64,000 bases of DNA from positions 2,432,001 through 2,496,000 of the forward strand of contig CBDCJH010000002.1 in NCBI GenBank assembly GCA_965217775.1. Reading direction: 5' to 3'. A model generated the notes under the pieces. It was not told where the DNA came from and did not search any database. It saw nothing but the letters and a program-made list of their open reading frames with translations. The stretch is from Acidobacteriota bacterium (GTDB taxonomy: Bacteria; Acidobacteriota; UBA6911; RPQK01; JAJDTT01). The translations under genes and the position numbers were made by a program. Shown piece by piece: positions 55,004 to 63,920 of the stretch; positions within the stretch are counted from its first letter, which is position 1, and each line of letters starts with the position of its first letter.

Positions 55004-56130
55004 AGGAGCGGCTCCCCGCTCTCGATCTGCCGGATGAACTCGTCCACGTTCTCCCTCGTCACCAGGACCACGCCGGTGTCGGTGAAGGGTGTAGATTCGA
55101 TGCCGCGGCGGAATTTGACCAGACTGTCGACGCCGGAATAGCCCATCTTGGCGGGAAACTGGGCGACCATGGCGTCCAGCTCGCCACGCTTGACCGCCTC
55201 CAGGTCCCCCAACCCCGCTTTGCCGATGGAACCGCGGCCCACTACCATCAGATCCTCGCCCAGGTTCTTTCCGAAGGCCCCGGCCGCCTGGGTGGCGCAG
55301 AGAACCGCGGGACCACCGAAGATGTAGAGACCGGCCAGATCGGGATGCGCCGTCAGCAGATCGGTGGTGGCGTTGAAGGACTGGTCGCAGAAGGGAACTC
55401 CCAGCGGAGACCCCACCATTTCCAGGTCGGGATACTTGCGCAGGCCTTCCACGAAACCGTTCATGATTTCCCGGCAGGGCAGAATGCTGGGCGGACAGGC
55501 GATGACGCCGACCTTCCCTCGATCCGAAAGGCGGTCGGCCAGCCGGTCGGCGGCCACGGTGCCGCAAAGGACATTGTCGGTGGCGGCGAAAGTGACGATA
55601 TCCCCCTCGGCGATCCCGGTGTCGATGACGGTGATGGGAATCCCGGCCTGGTTCACCTTCGACACGGCAGGCGACAGGGCGTTGGAATCGCAGGGCGCCA
55701 GCACGATGCCGTCCACTTCCAACTGAATCATGTTCTCCACGATCTGGACCTGATCCACGACATGAGTCTCGCTCTTGGCGGCGTGCAACAGCAGTTCCAC
55801 CCCCAGCTCCTCTGCCGCCCGTTGGGCGCCGTCGATGGCGTCCAGCCAGAAGGGATCGGTGTAGGACTTGGAGATGAAGGCGATCCTCAGCCGTCCGTCG
55901 CGGGAGGGATCGGGAACCGGCGCCGCGCAGGCCCAGAGCAGCAGCAGCGGGAGCAGGATCGCTAGCAGTCCGTGGGAAAAGTCCCATGAGCACCGAGACC
56001 GTTCCTGCGCCCGCCGGACAAGGCGCGATGAGGGAGCGTATGTGACCGAGTCGTAACGCAGTCCGCCGGGATGCAGGGACGGTCGAATGCCGTGACGACT
56101 TTTTCCACGGGCTGCTTGGCATCGGGTCAT
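55000..56130 (-). CDS. Sugar ABC substrate-binding lipoprotein (RbsB-like) with in-frame MITE in the signal peptide
   Basis: DPFW, VDGIVLAP, AGIPITVID, ATDN, VAQFP..MG, DTG; lipobox LWAC. Confidence 0.88.
   Translation of the reverse strand: MTRCQAARGKSRHGIRPSLHPGGLRYDSVTYAPSSRLVRRAQERSRCSWDFSHGLLAILLPLLLLWACAAPVPDPSRDGRLRIAFISKSYTDPFWLDAIDGAQRAAEELGVELLLHAAKSETHVVDQVQIVENMIQLEVDGIVLAPCDSNALSPAVSKVNQAGIPITVIDTGIAEGDIVTFAATDNVLCGTVAADRLADRLSDRGKVGVIACPPSILPCREIMNGFVEGLRKYPDLEMVGSPLGVPFCDQSFNATTDLLTAHPDLAGLYIFGGPAVLCATQAAGAFGKNLGEDLMVVGRGSIGKAGLGDLEAVKRGELDAMVAQFPAKMGYSGVDSLVKFRRGIESTPFTDTGVVLVTRENVDEFIRQIESGEPLL
55966..56114 (-). mobile_element. MITE copy 6 (149 bp, 9-bp internal deletion; flanks CTAG/CTTG)
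   Basis: Lacks ATACCGGGA of the central hairpin; 149+4=153 bp=51 codons. Confidence 0.9.
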
Positions 56131-56338
56131 GACGAGCCGGACACTAACACGTTCCGGGAGCCCCTTGCAGGATTCCCCGGACGGCGATACGGCTTGCCTC
56201 ACGGCATCGGATTCAATACCTTAAGTCGAGTGCCGGAGGGCTTGGCCACGTGGGCCAGGCCGACCGGTCTGGGAGTCGAATCCATTGATTGGAACGCCCA
56301 CTCGTTCCACAACGAGCGGCGCGGAAGAGGAAAGCAGC

Positions 56339-57088
56339 ATGCCCGGAAAACTGGACGGCAGGGTGGCGATCATCACCGGCGGCGGTAGCGGCTTGGGCGC
56401 GTCCACGGCCAGACTCTTCGCGGCCGAAGGGGCCAAAGTGGTCATCGCCGACGTCAACGTCGATGCGGGAACAGGGGTGGTCCGATCCCTCCAGGATGAC
56501 GGGACCGAAGCCCTCTTCGTCAAGACCGATGTCTCGTCGGCGGCCGACGCCCGCAACCTGATGGAGGAGACCGTCGCCCGGTTCGGCCGGATCGACATCC
56601 TCGTCAACAACGCCGGCGTCCAAGTGGAAAAGGCGGTGCCCGAAACCACCGAGGAGGATTGGGACTTCGTCCTGGGCGTCAATCTGAAGGGGCCGTTCCT
56701 CTGCTCCAAATACGCCATCCGGCAGATGCGCAAGCAGAAATCGGGGAACATCGTCTGCATCTCGTCCCTCTCCGGCGTGGTTTCCAACGGAGAACAGGCT
56801 TCCTACAACGCCTCCAAACACGGCCTCATCGGCCTGGCCAAGTGCATGGCCCACGACCACGCCCTGGAGGGCATCCGGGTGAACACGGTCTGTCCCGGCT
56901 CCATGAACACACCCATGCTGGACGGGGTGCCGGAGGAACACCTGGCGCCCTACCGCAAGAGCAACCTGCTGGAGAGGTTCGCCGATCCGGGAGAGGTGGC
57001 CAACTGCATTCTCTTTCTGGTGAGCGACGATGCCTCCTTCGTCACCGGCTCGGTTCTGGTGGCCGACGGGGGCTATACCACCAAGTGA
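56339..57088 (+). CDS. SDR family oxidoreductase, paralog of 38541..39353
   Basis: TGGGSGLG, NNAG, YNASKHGLIGL, CPGSMNTPM. Confidence 0.93.
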   Translation: MPGKLDGRVAIITGGGSGLGASTARLFAAEGAKVVIADVNVDAGTGVVRSLQDDGTEALFVKTDVSSAADARNLMEETVARFGRIDILVNNAGVQVEKAVPETTEEDWDFVLGVNLKGPFLCSKYAIRQMRKQKSGNIVCISSLSGVVSNGEQASYNASKHGLIGLAKCMAHDHALEGIRVNTVCPGSMNTPMLDGVPEEHLAPYRKSNLLERFADPGEVANCILFLVSDDASFVTGSVLVADGGYTTK

Positions 57089-57152
57089 TGCCGGACCGTC
57101 CGGCTGCCGAGGCCGGCGCCCCGGAGATACGAACCGAAAGGAGTCAAATCGG

Positions 57153-57662
57153 ATGTACCTGAAGAAGATCGACCACATCGCCGTCATGGTGAGCGACATC
57201 GAGAAATCCCTGCACTTCTATCGCGATCTGCTGGGCCTGGAGGTGGTGACTCCGGAAGAGCACATCGCGGGTCCGGTGGCGGAGATGGTGGACAAACCGG
57301 GCTGCCACATGCGCGAGTACCGCATGCGGGCTCCGGAGGGCGTCCAGGGCTACGACCGGAACGACGAAGGGGTGGCGTTGACCTTCGACATCATCCAGTG
57401 GTTGAAACCGGAGAGCCCCCAGGCGAGATACGAGGTCCACCACGTGCCCAGCGCGCACATCTGTTTCGGAGTGGAGAACCTGCCCGCGATCTACGAACGA
57501 TTGAAGGCGGAGGGCGTCGAGTTCATCTCGCCTCCGGTCCGCTTCTCGGGTGAGGGGGACTGGCACGTGCTCTTCTTCTACGATCCCGACGGGAACCTCC
57601 TGGAGCTGAACGAGACCGGCACCGGAGGCCAGATCGTGCACGATTTCGAGTGGAGCGAATAA
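57153..57662 (+). CDS. VOC/glyoxalase family protein, paralog of 39442..39933
   Basis: DHIAVMVSDIEKS, HHVPSAHICF, FFYDPDGNLLELN; AAGGAG RBS. Confidence 0.9.
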   Translation: MYLKKIDHIAVMVSDIEKSLHFYRDLLGLEVVTPEEHIAGPVAEMVDKPGCHMREYRMRAPEGVQGYDRNDEGVALTFDIIQWLKPESPQARYEVHHVPSAHICFGVENLPAIYERLKAEGVEFISPPVRFSGEGDWHVLFFYDPDGNLLELNETGTGGQIVHDFEWSE

Positions 57663-57918
57663 CGTCGGGGCAACCCTCGGGGTTGCCCTTCCTTTACGTG
57701 CGCCGTGGACTTCTCCTGACCCACCGCGACCGGACACACCCACCGGCCATGGCGTGTCGATATCGCGGTGACCGTTGCGGTTGCCCGGGTCCGGCAGGCG
57801 GGCAGAATCAATCCGGCCCCATGAGTTCGTCGCCGGGCGGCGAGTCTGAACGACTCGAGCTCCACGATTGGAGTGATTACCCGGGTTCATCGACTTGGCG
57901 CGGCGTGGCGGGGACGGA

Positions 57919-58800
57919 TCATTCGACCCTCAGGAGGCGGAAACCCAGGTAGTGGTAGCGATTGCCGGGGACGACGCCGGCGCGATACGCCGACCGGCTG
58001 CCGAGAGCGTCGTGGCTCCAACCGCCCCCTCGACGGACCCGAAGGGAGCCCGTCGCAGGGCCCTTGGGATCTGTGACACTGCCTCCCGGGTACTCCCCGT
58101 AGCGGTCCTCTACCCACTCCCACGCGTTCCCCAGCATGTCGTGCAGCCCGAAATCATTCGCAGCCTTCTCCCCCACCGGATGGGTCCCGCACCAAGTTGA
58201 CGGGTACTGCTTTTCCTTCCAGTCCGAACAATCGACCCCGCCCTCGTACCTCACCCCGCTGTTGCCGCCGTACCACGCGATCCTGTCCAACATCGGCACG
58301 TTGTTGACCCCCGCCAAATCCAAATCTCCTGCCGGCGTGTCCGTTCGAGTTCCCGCCCGCGCCGCGTACTCCCACTCGGCCTCCGTCGGCAACCGGTACC
58401 TCGCACCTTCCCCCATGCCGTTCAGCTTCCTGACGAACTGCTGCACGTCGTCCCACGAAACACTCTCCACCGGGCAATCTCGACCGCAGTTCTTGAAATC
58501 CGAGGGATTCGATCCCATCACCGCCTCCCATTGACCCTGAGTCACCTCGTATTTCCCCAGATAAAACGCCCGGCTGATCTTCACCCGAGTCACCGGTCTC
58601 TCGTCATCGTCCGCCAACCCGCTCTCCGACCCCATCCGGAACTCGCCGGCCGGTACCCGCACGAACTCCATTCCGAGGCTGTTGCTCCACTTTGCCGGCG
58701 TTGAGGCTTCTTCCTGAGCCGCCAGGCCCCCAGCAAGGAGGAGGACAGTCCACCCGGCCGCGGTCCCACGCCGACACCATGAAAACAAGTTTCCGATCAT
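57919..58800 (-). CDS. Formylglycine-generating enzyme (SUMF1/FGE-sulfatase) domain protein
   Basis: GEFRMGS, KYEVTQGQW, YRLPTEAEWEYAARAG, GLHDMLGNAWEWV, RGGGW, GFRL; GGAGG RBS. Confidence 0.92.
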   Translation of the reverse strand: MIGNLFSWCRRGTAAGWTVLLLAGGLAAQEEASTPAKWSNSLGMEFVRVPAGEFRMGSESGLADDDERPVTRVKISRAFYLGKYEVTQGQWEAVMGSNPSDFKNCGRDCPVESVSWDDVQQFVRKLNGMGEGARYRLPTEAEWEYAARAGTRTDTPAGDLDLAGVNNVPMLDRIAWYGGNSGVRYEGGVDCSDWKEKQYPSTWCGTHPVGEKAANDFGLHDMLGNAWEWVEDRYGEYPGGSVTDPKGPATGSLRVRRGGGWSHDALGSRSAYRAGVVPGNRYHYLGFRLLRVE

Positions 58801-58846
58801 GTTTCCTCCGCTCGGCTCCGGTTGGTATTCGTTGGCCTGCTATTAA

Positions 58847-59004
58847 CAGCCCGTGGCAAAAGTCATCACGGCATTCGACCGTCCCTGCATCCCGGCGGAC
58901 GGCGTTGCGATTCGGGCACATACTCCCGGTATGCACCCGAATCGCGCCTTGTCCGGCGGGCGCAGGAACGGTCTCGGTGCTCGCGGGACTTTCACCACGG
59001 ACTG
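58847..59004 (+). mobile_element. 158-bp MITE, copy 7 (TSD TTAA)
   Basis: TTAA|CAGCCC...GGACTG|TTAA. Confidence 0.92.
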
Positions 59005-59045
59005 TTAAATCCCAAAATCCCGGATGTCGTTTGCGCGATCCCGGT

Positions 59046-59300
59046 TCACGGGTCCATGACCTCGAACCGGATGTCCAGGAGCCCGCTCGGATCCTGAGTG
59101 AGTTGCCGGATGATCCGCGCCAGGTTCAGCTCGGTGACCGGTTCCAGACCTCGCGCATCCAACCGGACATTGCAGTGGGGGCAATGATCGCTCGCCGGAA
59201 TGTGTTTCGGGAAGAGGATCTCTTCGTTGCAACTGAGGCAGATCAAGCGGATCGCTTGGATGTCATCCAAGCCGAACAGCTTTCGATTCTCCGACATCAT
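59046..59300 (-). CDS. Small hypothetical protein with CxxC...CxxC (possible zinc ribbon)
   Basis: IRLICLSC...CPHC. Confidence 0.5.
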   Translation of the reverse strand: MMSENRKLFGLDDIQAIRLICLSCNEEILFPKHIPASDHCPHCNVRLDARGLEPVTELNLARIIRQLTQDPSGLLDIRFEVMDP

Positions 59301-59652
59301 CGTACTTCCAAATATTGATTCAGCGTCCGGCCGACTCATCCAACCTCGCCGGCCCAATTCAGCCGGCACTGCCAGAACAGCCAGCTTCATTCCTGCAGTT
59401 GGGTGTGGATCTGGTCGGTCGGTGATACCGGCGCCGAACTAATCTATGCGCCGCCGGCAACTTGCAGGAGGAGTGGCACCAGGAGGAACCCGTAACGGCC
59501 AGCTCCAGTGTAGGTCCCTGAATGTCTCGAAAGTCGATCTTGAAGATGACGTCGCCAACCGGAGACAAACGGGCACTTTTCCTGCCACCACTTTGGAGAG
59601 GACGTCCTATGCTGGACTGAAACCGGATTCCGGGTCGAGTAGAATAAGACTC

Positions 59653-59724
59653 AGGCTGGCTCTTCCTCCAGCATAGGACGAGTTGGTTTAGAGCCAGCCG
59701 GGTGTTGCCGCATCCGGCTGGCTC
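59653..59724 (+). ncRNA. Candidate 72-nt two-hairpin small RNA, copy B
   Basis: CTGAAA-N17-TAGAAT at 59617-59645; homolog of 23813-23884. Confidence 0.55.
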
Positions 59725-60213
59725 GCGCACAGCCATCACCATACACTAGAAGCCCCTTTCGGACAAGGTCTGCCCCTCACTTTGCCTAATTGGAAATTAT
59801 CCTTTTGTTGTAGTAGTTTGGACTGTTCATTGTTTTCCATAAACCAGACCATTCAGAGGCTGGAATGTCCTCAACCTGCGTTCATCCCCGGCATACTGAG
59901 CATATGACAATAGTCATAATGCGCCTGTGATTAAGCGATTAAAGGTAAGAGATTTTCGGGCACCGGCGAGATAAGCCCGATCCACTTAAGACAATTTTCT
60001 TACAATCGTCTCGACAGTTTCGAAACCATCAAGACATCCGATACCGGCGTCTCGCGGGTGACTACGGTCAGCACGCCGTTGATCCGTTGCGCGGTGTCTC
60101 CGGCTCTCAGCGTAGCGGCGATGTAATGGGCGGCAAGTTTGACCTGGACGGCCATGAGTTCGGCGGACCTGCCCGTGTGGGTTTGTTCTGTGAGCGGCAT
60201 TGTGGGTCCGATC

Positions 60214-61938
60214 CTATCTCGGCTCGTCCCATTTTTCCCCGCTGCCTTCCCTGAGCGTGACGTAACGGCCGGTTTCGATGCCGGTCCACTCCTCCACCAG
60301 ACCACTCGGCCAGTGGGCCCGAACTCGGATCATGTCGGCGGAATCGTCCAATCCCACGAGGACTCGGGGATCGTTGGATGAGGCATAGCTGCCGTCGGTC
60401 CGGACGCGGCGCCAGAGCGTCGGCTTGCCCTCCCTGAACACACCGACCCAGGTTCCCAAGGCGTCCCGATTGCTTTCACGGCCGACAAATCGCAGCCCCA
60501 GCCACCGATTCTCCGTACCGACACGGTTGATCAGCAGCCGGGTGCGTCCGTTGTTGTTGAAGAGCAGCACGTCCGTGTCCCCGTCGTTGTCCACGTCGCC
60601 GAAGGCCGCGCCGCGGCTGACTTCCGAGAGCCGGAACACCGATCCCGCCTCACCGGTCACTTCCTGGAATCGCCCGTCGCCCAGGTTGCGAAAGAGCTGG
60701 TTCGGCTGATGCAGAGGATACGGATCGCCCCGTCTCGCCAGGACCTCGATGGTTCTGACCTCCCCATTGGCGGCGAACAAGTCCAGCCAGCCGTCGTTGT
60801 CGTAGTCGAAGAATCGCGTGCCGAAGGCGGTGAACGGGAGGCTGGAGACGGCCAGGTTGGCTTCCAATGAGGCGTCCTTGAAAAATCCGGTGCCGTCATT
60901 CGTGTAGAGGGTGTTCTTCTCGCTCTTGAGATGGGTCGTGAAGAGGTCTTCGTCGCCGTCGTTGTCGAAATCCGCCGCGTCCACTCCCATGCTGGACTCG
61001 GCCATCCCGTCCCGGTTGAAGGCGGCGCCGGCCAGCAGCGACTCGTTCACGAAGGTCCCGTCCTTCCGGTTGATCCAGAGATCGTTGGGTCTCTGGTCGT
61101 TGGCCACGTAGACGTCCGGCCATCCGTCGGAGTTCAGGTCGGCCGCCACCACGCCCAACGCTCCGTGGTATTCCCTCGAGATCTGGCTCCTGGCCGACAC
61201 GTCCTCGAAGCTTCCGTCCCGCCGGTTTCGATAAAGGCGATTGGGTACCGGCTCATAACCCATGGGGCCACAGTAGTCGACCGCTCCGCTGGGAGCGTGG
61301 CACAGCTTCTGGTTGGAGAACCTGAAATCGACGTAGTTGCCCAGGAAGAGGTCGAGCCAACCGTCCCGGTCGTAGTCCAGGAAAGCCGCACTCACCCCCC
61401 ATCTCCCGTCGCCGGTGCCGGTCCGCGCGGTGACGTCCATGAAGGTGCCGTCCCCCCGGTTCCGATACATCTGATTGGGACCGAAGTTCAAGACGTAGAG
61501 GTCGACCCAGCCGTCGTTGTCGAAGTCCGCGGCAGCCGCGCCCATCCCGTAGCCCAGCGCCCGAATCCCGCTGGAGGCGGTGACGTCGGTAAAGCGGACC
61601 CGGCGGGTTCCGTCCGGTTGCACGATCAGATCGTTGCGGTAGAGCCGGTCCATGGGAGCCGGCCCAGCCCGGGAAACGCCGGTGCCGCCTGACGGTTCGC
61701 CCTCCCCCAGCAGATGCCCCTGGACCACGTAGAGGTCCAGGTCGCCGTCGTTGTCGTAGTCGAACAGGGCGCCGCCTCCGCCCACCATCTCGCAGTAGTA
61801 GAACTTGCCCGACATCCCGTTGAAGTGGACGAAGTCGAGGCCCGCCTGGTCCGTTTCGTCGGAGAAAATGCCGTTTGTGTCGTCTTGGGACTGCGAGTAT
61901 CCGGTGAGAAATCCGGCGTGAATCAGCAGGATCAGCAA
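60214..61938 (-). CDS. CRTAC1-family protein (FG-GAP + ASPIC/UnbV)
   Basis: DYDNDGDLDL repeats, SRGAAFGDVDNDG, DGSYASSNDPRVLVGL; start uncertain. Confidence 0.9.
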   Translation of the reverse strand: MLILLIHAGFLTGYSQSQDDTNGIFSDETDQAGLDFVHFNGMSGKFYYCEMVGGGGALFDYDNDGDLDLYVVQGHLLGEGEPSGGTGVSRAGPAPMDRLYRNDLIVQPDGTRRVRFTDVTASSGIRALGYGMGAAAADFDNDGWVDLYVLNFGPNQMYRNRGDGTFMDVTARTGTGDGRWGVSAAFLDYDRDGWLDLFLGNYVDFRFSNQKLCHAPSGAVDYCGPMGYEPVPNRLYRNRRDGSFEDVSARSQISREYHGALGVVAADLNSDGWPDVYVANDQRPNDLWINRKDGTFVNESLLAGAAFNRDGMAESSMGVDAADFDNDGDEDLFTTHLKSEKNTLYTNDGTGFFKDASLEANLAVSSLPFTAFGTRFFDYDNDGWLDLFAANGEVRTIEVLARRGDPYPLHQPNQLFRNLGDGRFQEVTGEAGSVFRLSEVSRGAAFGDVDNDGDTDVLLFNNNGRTRLLINRVGTENRWLGLRFVGRESNRDALGTWVGVFREGKPTLWRRVRTDGSYASSNDPRVLVGLDDSADMIRVRAHWPSGLVEEWTGIETGRYVTLREGSGEKWDEPR

Positions 61939-61967
61939 AACGAGCTGCAGAGTCGACCTCCGCGAAT

Positions 61968-62021
61968 TTGGCCTCAGGACTCCGCCTCGCCGGCGGATTC
62001 GATGGATTCCTTGAGGGTCTG
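61968..62021 (-). repeat. Displaced copy of the E2 gene 3' end (54 bp)
   Basis: Encodes QTLKESIESAGEAES* followed by GGCCAA, versus QTLKESIESAAAES* followed by GGCCAA at 62680-62730. Confidence 0.88.
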
Positions 62022-62276
62022 CTATGTATCTTTTGCGCCAAGCTCCTCAGCGTATTGTTCTATCGGAGTCGCACCTTCCTCGCGTGAGCGGTCCTCAAGA
62101 AACTTCATGAACACATCGCTATTGCCAAGTTCGGTCGCTTCGCGCTCGAAGCCATCAGCCTCTTCCAAAACGAAGCTAGTGCCATCCTTCGAGATTAGCA
62201 AAACGACTTCACGGCGAGCGATGGCGAGGAGATCGTCCACCGAACGTGCTTTCTCATCTAGGTTTATGGTCTTCAT
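62022..62276 (-). CDS. Putative antitoxin (Phd-like)
   Basis: MKTINL...DDLLAIARREVVLL...FMKFLEDR; ATGA-coupled to the upstream toxin. Confidence 0.7.
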   Translation of the reverse strand: MKTINLDEKARSVDDLLAIARREVVLLISKDGTSFVLEEADGFEREATELGNSDVFMKFLEDRSREEGATPIEQYAEELGAKDT

Positions 62277-62566
62277 AGATCAACCTTCCTTCCTCGGATG
62301 AATAGCACATTGTGTTGTTTGTTGCCCACCGCGACAACTTTTACCTTGTTATCTTCTTCAATCATATAGAAGACACGAAATCTATCAATACGTAGCTCCC
62401 AAGGAGAAATCGGATTCCGTCGTAAAGGTTTCTTTCTCCTTGTCCGGACCTCTGCATCCACTCCAAGGTGAGCCATTATTCCTGCGGCAATGAGGCGCTG
62501 GTCGTATACGTCACAATGGCCCAGGTCTTGCTTTGCACTTTCCGTCAACGAGATCCTATACTCCAT
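62273..62566 (-). CDS. RelE/ParE-family toxin
   Basis: YRISLTESAKQDL...KPLR.N...WELRIDRFRVFY...VVAVG.K.HN. Confidence 0.85.
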   Translation of the reverse strand: MEYRISLTESAKQDLGHCDVYDQRLIAAGIMAHLGVDAEVRTRRKKPLRRNPISPWELRIDRFRVFYMIEEDNKVKVVAVGNKQHNVLFIRGRKVDL

Positions 62567-62685
62567 TATCGGCTCGATTCAACGTCAGATCGTGAGTTAG
62601 TTCGACGGTGACGACATCACGTCGGACGGAGTGAGGCCTTGCTGCGCGATGTCGAGCACCGAGTTCCACATCGGTGACGTTGGCC

Positions 62686-63852
62686 TCAGGACTCCGCGGC
62701 GGCGGATTCGATGGACTCCTTGAGGGTCTGTAGGAACTGGGCCGCCACCGCGCCGTCCACGGCACGGTGATCGGCGTTCACGGTCACCTGCATCCTGGAA
62801 CGGACGGCGACCTGCCCGCCCACCACCACCGGCACGGAGCGGACGGTCCCTACCGAGAGGATCCCGACTTCGGGCGGATTCAGGATGGAGGTGAACTGCT
62901 CGATGCCGTACATGCCCAGGTTGGAGACCGAGAAGGTGCTTCCCTTCATCTCGTCAGGCTGGAGCCTCCGCTTTCGGGATCGATCGGCCAGATCCGCCAG
63001 TTCTGTCTGGATCCGTTCGATTCCCTTCTGCTCCACGTTCCGCAGAACCGGAACCACGAGCCCGTCTTCCAGAGAGACGGCGACCCCAAGATGAACCGCC
63101 CTGAACTCGCGGATCTCCTCCTCCACCAGATGGGCGTTCAGACGGGGATGCTTCAAGAGAGCATCGGCCACCGCTTTCAGCAGGCAGGGCGTGAGACGGC
63201 GGCGTGGGGTCGTCCGGGCCTGCAGGTCCGTGACGTCCAGCGAGAGGGAGAGAGAAATGTGGGGGGCGTTCCGGTAGCTGTCGCTGGTGCGACGGGCGAT
63301 GGAGCGCCGCGTTCCCTGGATGGGAATAACGCGATATTCCAATTCCGCAGCGGCGTCTCTTTTGGAAGCCGCCTCGTGCGCCTCAAGATCCCGGGGAAGG
63401 ATGGCGCCCTTGGGGCCGGATCCGGTGACGGTGGCCAGATCGATGCCCAACTTGCGGGCCATCTTCCTGGCTCGGGGGGACGCCCGTACCCTTCCCCGCC
63501 GGGAGCGAGTGCGGGTTCCGGTCTTTGTACCGCGTGCGCGGCGGGCGGCTGCGGGGCGAGTGGACGGTCGCTGCTTTCCGGGCGCACCGGCCGCCGGCGA
63601 GGGGGCTGCTTCACCTTCGCTCAGGAGCCACGCGATCCCCTGCCCCACCGGGATCTCGTCCCCCTCCCGGGCCATGACGTTGGACAGGACCCCGGATCCG
63701 GCGGCTTCGATCTCCATGACCGCCTTGTCGGTCTCGATCTCCATCAGCGGCTCGCCCCGGGCCACGAACTCCCCCTCGGACTTGAGCCAACGCACCAGGA
63801 CGCCCTGCTCCTGGGACATCTCCAGCGCAGGCATGATCACTTCAGTGGCCAC
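62686..63852 (-). CDS. 2-oxoacid/acetoin dehydrogenase E2 (dihydrolipoamide acyltransferase)
   Basis: Lipoyl EIETDKA, E3-binding ASPRARKMA, TFSVSNLG, DHRAVDG. Confidence 0.93.
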   Translation of the reverse strand: MATEVIMPALEMSQEQGVLVRWLKSEGEFVARGEPLMEIETDKAVMEIEAAGSGVLSNVMAREGDEIPVGQGIAWLLSEGEAAPSPAAGAPGKQRPSTRPAAARRARGTKTGTRTRSRRGRVRASPRARKMARKLGIDLATVTGSGPKGAILPRDLEAHEAASKRDAAAELEYRVIPIQGTRRSIARRTSDSYRNAPHISLSLSLDVTDLQARTTPRRRLTPCLLKAVADALLKHPRLNAHLVEEEIREFRAVHLGVAVSLEDGLVVPVLRNVEQKGIERIQTELADLADRSRKRRLQPDEMKGSTFSVSNLGMYGIEQFTSILNPPEVGILSVGTVRSVPVVVGGQVAVRSRMQVTVNADHRAVDGAVAAQFLQTLKESIESAAAES

Positions 63853-63920
63853 AAATCCTCTCCGAATTGGAATCGATGGAAAGTTCCCGGCAATGGCGAG
63901 GCCCGGTTGTAGACGACCGG

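Noticed and set aside
55004-56122. Apparent N-terminal extension of the ABC ATPase ORF (54197..56122)
   Set aside because: Off-frame readthrough across the SBP gene and the stop-free MITE; the real start is GTG 55003.
57919-58100. FGE-sulfatase (CLec-fold) C-terminus as a DGR variable region
   Set aside because: No template repeat with adenine-specific mismatches and no reverse transcriptase seen in the window; remote targeting cannot be excluded.
60000-60305. Short ORF downstream of the CRTAC1 gene
   Set aside because: Overlaps the CRTAC1 end and shows no motif or RBS support.
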